64,000 nucleotides of DNA from NCBI GenBank assembly GCA_964602665.1, contig CAZRRH010000003.1, positions 66,963 through 130,962 of the forward strand. The letters run 5' to 3'. Source of the stretch: an uncultured Candidatus Saccharibacteria bacterium. GTDB taxonomy: Bacteria > Patescibacteriota > Dojkabacteria > SC72 > WJKH01. The position numbers and the translations under genes were made by a program. Position 1 is the stretch's first letter; the number at the start of each line of letters is the position of its first letter. Of this stretch, positions 58,951-64,000 are shown piece by piece. Under the pieces are notes generated by a model, which did not search any database, was not told the origin of the DNA, and saw nothing but the letters and a program-made list of their open reading frames with translations.

Positions 58951-59184
58951 TTGGTAATGAACGAAATAAAAACAATCGAAAAAAAGTACAATATTAAATG
59001 GGGTAGAGTTGGAATTTGGCTTATCGTCGTTTTATATCTTGTTTTTCCAATAGATTTTTTGCCTGAGGCGATTTTTGGTCCGATTGCTTTCTCTGATGAT
59101 GCTCTTGTTTTAGTCCTCAAAATCATCGAGGAGATTGTTAATGCGAGAAAAGCGAAGAAAGTTGATTCTTCAATAATCAATTAA
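58951..59184 (+). CDS. DUF1232/YkvA-like small membrane protein (start probably ATG 58957)
   Basis: LYLVFPIDFLPEAIFGPIAFSDD. Confidence 0.8.
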   Translation: MVMNEIKTIEKKYNIKWGRVGIWLIVVLYLVFPIDFLPEAIFGPIAFSDDALVLVLKIIEEIVNARKAKKVDSSIIN

Positions 59185-59201
59185 GATAGTAATTATTTTG
59201 T

Positions 59202-59771
59202 ATGGTTGATCTTTATCAAAAGTCAAAAGAGGCTTTTTTGGATAGGGTTAAAAAATTTGGTCAAGACCCATATGCTTTACTTCATCATGTCCCCGAAATG
59301 GAAAAGTGGGCAAGGTTTATGCTTAATAAACATCCTTCATTAGACAAAGATGTTGTTTTATCTTCTGTTTGGCTACATGATATTGGCCATTATCCTATAC
59401 CGACTGATATAGATCATGCGGTCAGAAGCGAGGAGATCTCCAGAGAGCTCTTAAAATCTTGGAACTATGATAAAGAGAAGATAACCCAGATTTTGCATTG
59501 TATAAGAGCTCACAGATGTAAAGATGTCATTCCAGAAAGCGATGAGGCCAAGGTTATTGCAGTGATCGATTCTGCAAGTCATATGAGTGATATGGTTTAC
59601 TTGAAGATGATGAAGGAAGGAGAGTTTTCAGCACTTGAGAAAATAGAAAGAGATTTTAGAGATATTAGTCGTTTTTCAGAATTTAACTTGCAAAATGATT
59701 TACAAGAAATTTATGAGGCTTGGAGAGTACTCTTAAAAAGATACGAGAAAGTGCATAAGCTGATTAATTGA
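59202..59771 (+). CDS. HD-domain protein
   Basis: LHH, WLHDIGH, IRAHR, DSASH. Confidence 0.85.
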   Translation: MVDLYQKSKEAFLDRVKKFGQDPYALLHHVPEMEKWARFMLNKHPSLDKDVVLSSVWLHDIGHYPIPTDIDHAVRSEEISRELLKSWNYDKEKITQILHCIRAHRCKDVIPESDEAKVIAVIDSASHMSDMVYLKMMKEGEFSALEKIERDFRDISRFSEFNLQNDLQEIYEAWRVLLKRYEKVHKLIN

Positions 59772-59834
59772 CCTGTTACTTTTATAAAGTTTTTTCGTTA
59801 ATTATATTAGAGTTAAATTTTTTATTAAACTTTT

Positions 59835-60845
59835 ATGAAAAAGCTTTTGCTTTATATTCTGATAGCTCTGATATTTATATATTCTGCTGTTTTAACAGTG
59901 TTTTTGATTTTAAATTGGGACAAAGTTACAAATAAGGATTCGAAACAAATAGAAGATACCTCAGAAGTAATAAATAATTCTCTTTGGGATAATATAAAAG
60001 AAACTACATGGTGGAAAAACAATGAATCATGTGGTGAGACGATTGTTTTCTATGAGGATTATGAGGGAAATCCAAAATGTATATTTATGGAAAATGGTAG
60101 TGGAGTAAACATTGTTTCTAGGCGATGGTGTGAATTTGATTTAATAGATGAGGAGAATGTAAAAATTGATGGCGTTTCTTATAAATTGAATAGGGATTTG
60201 AACGCAAATGATTACGAAGATAAAACACAAATATTTCTTTTTACGCAGAAAGCATTGGTGTACAACCATGTCGGTCTTGCAGATATGGATTTTGTAAGAA
60301 GTAAAAATTTTATTGTAGAAGATATTAATTTACAAGAAGACAAAATAAAAACTGAATCAATATCAGCAGAAATTAAAGCGTTTATCGGAGTTGATGAAAA
60401 TGGTCAAGGGATTTTTCACACGATTAAATTGACCACAAATGCTCCTATAGGGACAGAGGTAATAGAAGATAAAGATCATCCACTTAAAGTATTTGAACCA
60501 AAGTGTTTTGTTAATAAAGACTCAAAACTATGTGTAGTTGCCCCCTACGAAGCTTTTCCTGCTGATTTTGCCAAGTACGAGCAAATGGGAAATAATAGCC
60601 AATTTGGTACCTTATACAAAGTCTATGTAAAAAACAATTATGATTGGTTTTATTATACAAATAGCGTCCCTAAAACGGGCAGAGGAGATTGTTCTAATGA
60701 AGCTGGTTTTACAACAACTCCTCCTTGCGGAGAAACTGTTGTTAAAATTGCAGATGATGATAATTATTTTCAAGCAGAGTGTTATTATGGAGAGGCTTTT
60801 TGTGACGCACTTATGAAAGATATGAGCGTAGAAACAAGTAATTAA
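59835..60845 (+). CDS. Membrane-anchored hypothetical protein
   Basis: N-terminal TM followed by NWDK; Cys-containing external domain. Confidence 0.6.
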   Translation: MKKLLLYILIALIFIYSAVLTVFLILNWDKVTNKDSKQIEDTSEVINNSLWDNIKETTWWKNNESCGETIVFYEDYEGNPKCIFMENGSGVNIVSRRWCEFDLIDEENVKIDGVSYKLNRDLNANDYEDKTQIFLFTQKALVYNHVGLADMDFVRSKNFIVEDINLQEDKIKTESISAEIKAFIGVDENGQGIFHTIKLTTNAPIGTEVIEDKDHPLKVFEPKCFVNKDSKLCVVAPYEAFPADFAKYEQMGNNSQFGTLYKVYVKNNYDWFYYTNSVPKTGRGDCSNEAGFTTTPPCGETVVKIADDDNYFQAECYYGEAFCDALMKDMSVETSN

Positions 60846-60861
60846 ATTCTAAGTTAATTAT

Positions 60862-61623
60862 ATGAAAAAGCAGCTTTTAATAACAGCTTTTGTGGTATCA
60901 GGTTTGGTCATTCTGACTATAATATTCTTTGTTGTATCTAATTGGGATAAAATATTCACAGAAAGGAATGAAACGGGTAATACTGTTTTAGAAGAGATTA
61001 CAAATGTCTTTAATAGTCTAAAAGTCGATGATAATGCAGATACAGAAATTGCAAATGAAAGTGGTGAAAACTCTATTGAAACAGAAGAAGATACAGCAGA
61101 AAAAGATAATGATTTAGGGCTAGGATATAAAACTCACAAAGAAGATAATATTGAAATAACTTATCCAGACAGTTGGAATTTGATCACTGACTATAACAAG
61201 GTTGTAGATTTGGGAATGTTTCGATTAGAGAATAATAAATATAAAGTAAGTTATACTGAGAGAAGTGATGTCCCTTATATATGCTTATTTAGTGACACGA
61301 CCGAAGAGCAGAAAAATGCTTTTATTGAATATTTTAAAGAATTTGGTGCTAGTCAAATGGAGATAGACTATTTAGCAGGAAACATAAATGAAGGTGCATT
61401 CAAGCAATTTAATTTGAAAAACGGTGAAGGAACCCTTAGGTTATATAAATCAGAAAATCCTGAAGTAGATGACAATATTTGGAGCTCATGTTATAAGTCA
61501 AAAAATAGAACATACTTCCAAGACTTCCCACTTAGTGTAAGTTTTGAAAGTGATAGTACGGTTGATTCTGAACTTAAATTCGTTTTAGAGTCAATTGTTG
61601 TCGGATATGGTGCTATTTATTAA
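60862..61623 (+). CDS. Membrane-anchored hypothetical protein
   Basis: N-terminal TM followed by NWDK; acidic linker; IEITYPDSW (PsbP-like start). Confidence 0.6.
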   Translation: MKKQLLITAFVVSGLVILTIIFFVVSNWDKIFTERNETGNTVLEEITNVFNSLKVDDNADTEIANESGENSIETEEDTAEKDNDLGLGYKTHKEDNIEITYPDSWNLITDYNKVVDLGMFRLENNKYKVSYTERSDVPYICLFSDTTEEQKNAFIEYFKEFGASQMEIDYLAGNINEGAFKQFNLKNGEGTLRLYKSENPEVDDNIWSSCYKSKNRTYFQDFPLSVSFESDSTVDSELKFVLESIVVGYGAIY

Positions 61624-61741
61624 GAAAATATGAGCAGATAATAAAAGTGTGATATAATTTGCTTAATGCCTAATATTGAAGTATCAAATAACCCTGTTTT
61701 TAATAGCAACTACACCTTAATTATATCATAAACGCTTTTAA

Positions 61742-62860
61742 ATGTCAATATCAAAAAAAATTGTAATACCAGTAATATTGATAAACCTACTCTCTCTAAC
61801 CGCTCTTTTATCGACGAGCATTGATAGTGTCGGGAATATAAATATTCAAGATACATTTACTAAACAAATAGCGTTTATAATTATTGGGTGGATATTATAT
61901 TTTTTAATTGCTAGAATTGATTTAGATTACATAAAATTTCCTCAGATAAGTATAATAATCTTTATCAGCTTACTTATTTTGTTAATTCTAACGAGCTTAT
62001 TTGGACCGACGATAAATTATGCTAAAAGGTGGCTAATATTGGCAGGTGTCCAGATACAGCCTTCTGAGTTTGTAAAGATAGCCGTAATAATCTACACAGC
62101 AGTATTTATGCTAAATTCTGGTTTATCAAAATGGAAGGCAATAGTAATTACTTCTATCGCTACAATAATATTTGCTGTGATAGTATTTATGCAACCACAT
62201 GGAAGTATGGCACTTATAATTATGGCATTGTGGTTTCTTACTGTTATTACAATATTGCCAAAGCAGCTTATTAATATATCTGTTGTTGCCGTAATACTCA
62301 TGGCTTTAGCTTCACTGCTCTATTTTGATGTGAAAAATGACTGGGGATTAATTGACAAAATCCCTCTTTTCTCGCACCAGAAGAATCGTATAACAGCATT
62401 TATTAGTCCTGACAAAACAGCGGATAAGGAGTATTTTAATGTAGATCAGGCAAGAGTTGCAATCGGGTCAGGAGGTTTACTAGGCAAGGGGTTTGGTCAA
62501 GGGTCTCAAAGTAGGTTAAGATTTTTACCGGAATATAAGACAGATTTTTTGTTTGCGGCTTTTTGTGAAGAGTTTGGGCTAATTGGTGGAGGGCTACTAC
62601 TTGTATTATATTGCTTTTTGATTTATAATATAATGATAGAAGCGATGGCGATCCCTGATCAGACATTGAGCGTAATAGTGTTTTTATTTGGGGTAAAGAT
62701 ACTATTAGAGATGTTTATAAATATTGGTACAAATACAGGGCTTATACCAGCAACTGGGATTCCTCTGCCACTTTTTAGTGCGGGAGGAAGTGTTGTTATT
62801 GCAACATTTGTGACCCTTGGTATAGTGCAAAATGCCATTAATCGTAAACAGTTAATTTAA
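61742..62860 (+). CDS. SEDS-family peptidoglycan polymerase (RodA/FtsW)
   Basis: AKRWL...QIQPSEFVK, AIGSGGLLGKG, LPEYKTDFLF, TGIPLPLFSAGGS. Confidence 0.93.
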   Translation: MSISKKIVIPVILINLLSLTALLSTSIDSVGNINIQDTFTKQIAFIIIGWILYFLIARIDLDYIKFPQISIIIFISLLILLILTSLFGPTINYAKRWLILAGVQIQPSEFVKIAVIIYTAVFMLNSGLSKWKAIVITSIATIIFAVIVFMQPHGSMALIIMALWFLTVITILPKQLINISVVAVILMALASLLYFDVKNDWGLIDKIPLFSHQKNRITAFISPDKTADKEYFNVDQARVAIGSGGLLGKGFGQGSQSRLRFLPEYKTDFLFAAFCEEFGLIGGGLLLVLYCFLIYNIMIEAMAIPDQTLSVIVFLFGVKILLEMFINIGTNTGLIPATGIPLPLFSAGGSVVIATFVTLGIVQNAINRKQLI

Positions 62861-62872
62861 ACAAAAACAAAT

Positions 62873-63403
62873 ATGGAAAAGAAAGTTACTAAAAAGAAAC
62901 CAGTAGCAACCAAGAAAAAGGCAGTAGTTAAAAGTAAAAAAGTTGTCACAACGAAAAAAGTTGTCACGGTAAAAGCTAAAGTTACCGCTCCTAAAAAGGC
63001 TCTAGTTGCAAAAACTAAAATTGTCGCTAAAAATAAAGTGACTGTAAAAAAGAGTATTCCTGCAGTAAAATCAAATGAGTCAATTGATAAAAATTTTTTT
63101 GCAGTACTTAGAATCAAAGGTGAGCAGATAAAGCTTTACAAAAATGAAGAAGTTGAGGTTAACCATATAAAAGGTAAGGTTGGTGAGAAAATTGAAATAG
63201 TTGATGTATTATTAGTCAGTGATGGCGACAAAGTTGAAATTGGTAAACCAATTGTTAAAGATGCAACTGCACTTATCGAGATTATCGAGCAAAAAAAAGG
63301 ACCAAAATTAAAAACAATCTTCTTTAAAGCAAAATCAAGATACAGAAAGCATTATGGCGCGAGGCAGTTTATAACTGTTGTCAGGTTTCTTGGCTTAAAA
63401 TAG
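62873..63403 (+). CDS. rplU: 50S ribosomal protein L21 with Lys-rich N-terminal extension
   Basis: C-terminal FAVLRIKGEQ...FKAKSRYRKHYGARQ. Confidence 0.9.
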   Translation: MEKKVTKKKPVATKKKAVVKSKKVVTTKKVVTVKAKVTAPKKALVAKTKIVAKNKVTVKKSIPAVKSNESIDKNFFAVLRIKGEQIKLYKNEEVEVNHIKGKVGEKIEIVDVLLVSDGDKVEIGKPIVKDATALIEIIEQKKGPKLKTIFFKAKSRYRKHYGARQFITVVRFLGLK

Positions 63404-63423
63404 CTAAAAATTAGGTAATATAA

Positions 63424-64000
63424 ATGCAATATTTTTTTCAATTGGGTGGACAATATGATTTGTGTTATGCCGAGCTAACTACTTGCTTGGAGGCCAATTT
63501 TTCATGCAAATTTAAGATTTATCGTCCGCTTGAGAATATTGTAATAATTGAGCCCGATGGTGATAAAGATTTAACAGCTGAATTAAAACAGCTTTTCTTA
63601 TTTCTTGGTGGGGCTGTAAGATTTGGTGTGATGATTGATGACAGTGAGGATTTTCTTGATAAATTTAGTGGTAGAATAACTTTTGGAGTTAACTCTTTTG
63701 GAGTGCTTGCTGACCTTAAGGCCGTTGATAAATTTGCTAAGAAAATAAAAGAGAGATATTCTGATGCTGGTTTTTCTGCAAGATTTTTGCTTCCTAAGTC
63801 AGAAAATTATAAAGAAATAACGCTAAATTCAGCACAAGTTAGCAAAAACAAATTAATCGAAAAAGGTTTTGAGCTAAATCTTATAAAATGCGAAGATGAT
63901 GTACGAATGGGACAGACATTAGCAGTACAGGATTATGAGCAATTCAGCATTATTGATTTCGAGAAACCAAGATCTGATAAGAAAATGGGTATGTTGCCAC
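63424..64000 (+). CDS. Trm11-like SAM-dependent methyltransferase (runs off the right edge; absent from the ORF track)
   Basis: Manual translation MQYFFQLGGQYDLCYAEL...LGGAVRFG...GQTLAVQDYEQFSIIDFEKPRSDKKMGMLP, open to the window end. Confidence 0.7.
   Translation, partial: MQYFFQLGGQYDLCYAELTTCLEANFSCKFKIYRPLENIVIIEPDGDKDLTAELKQLFLFLGGAVRFGVMIDDSEDFLDKFSGRITFGVNSFGVLADLKAVDKFAKKIKERYSDAGFSARFLLPKSENYKEITLNSAQVSKNKLIEKGFELNLIKCEDDVRMGQTLAVQDYEQFSIIDFEKPRSDKKMGMLP

Noticed and set aside
1-64000. CRISPR array, prophage, IS element, rRNA or alternative genetic code
   Set aside because: No repeat-spacer array, phage structural genes, transposase or rRNA was recognised; TGA terminates intact genes such as ftsA and the DGR target.

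Overview
AT-rich bacterial chromosome segment whose gene content fits a Patescibacteria/CPR genome (inferred): a PrgI/VirB4-like cluster, class I LysRS, alpha2 GlyRS, short AlaRS, archaeal-type UMP kinase, sortase and minimal ftsQAZ. TGA is used as a stop, so the code is standard. Most of the window is housekeeping: recF, lepA, alaS, rny, hup, greA, trmD, glyQS, serS, miaA, miaB, eno, trxB, ftsQAZ, rodA/ftsW, rplU and one tRNA-Glu(CTC). The standout is a complete diversity-generating retroelement (DGR) at about 8141-11228. It has a membrane-anchored C-type-lectin-fold target (VR 9102-9225), a template repeat (TR 9532-9655; all 22 mismatches fall at TR adenines), avd and a reverse transcriptase. 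Its layout is non-canonical. The RT-avd operon is on the opposite strand. The TR sits inside what appears to be a stand-alone ncRNA of about 360 nt (about 9321-9680) with its own promoter and a fully nested fold, whose 5' leader pairs with the TR 3' end and whose 3' end is antisense to the last avd codons. Secondary observations: many apparently leaderless genes, a 72-bp GC-rich hairpin after hup, a ligase/methyltransferase/7TM-kinase cassette, a C-terminal module shared by two exported enzymes, and three GreA-like sequences. All product calls come from motif recognition; no database searches were run.
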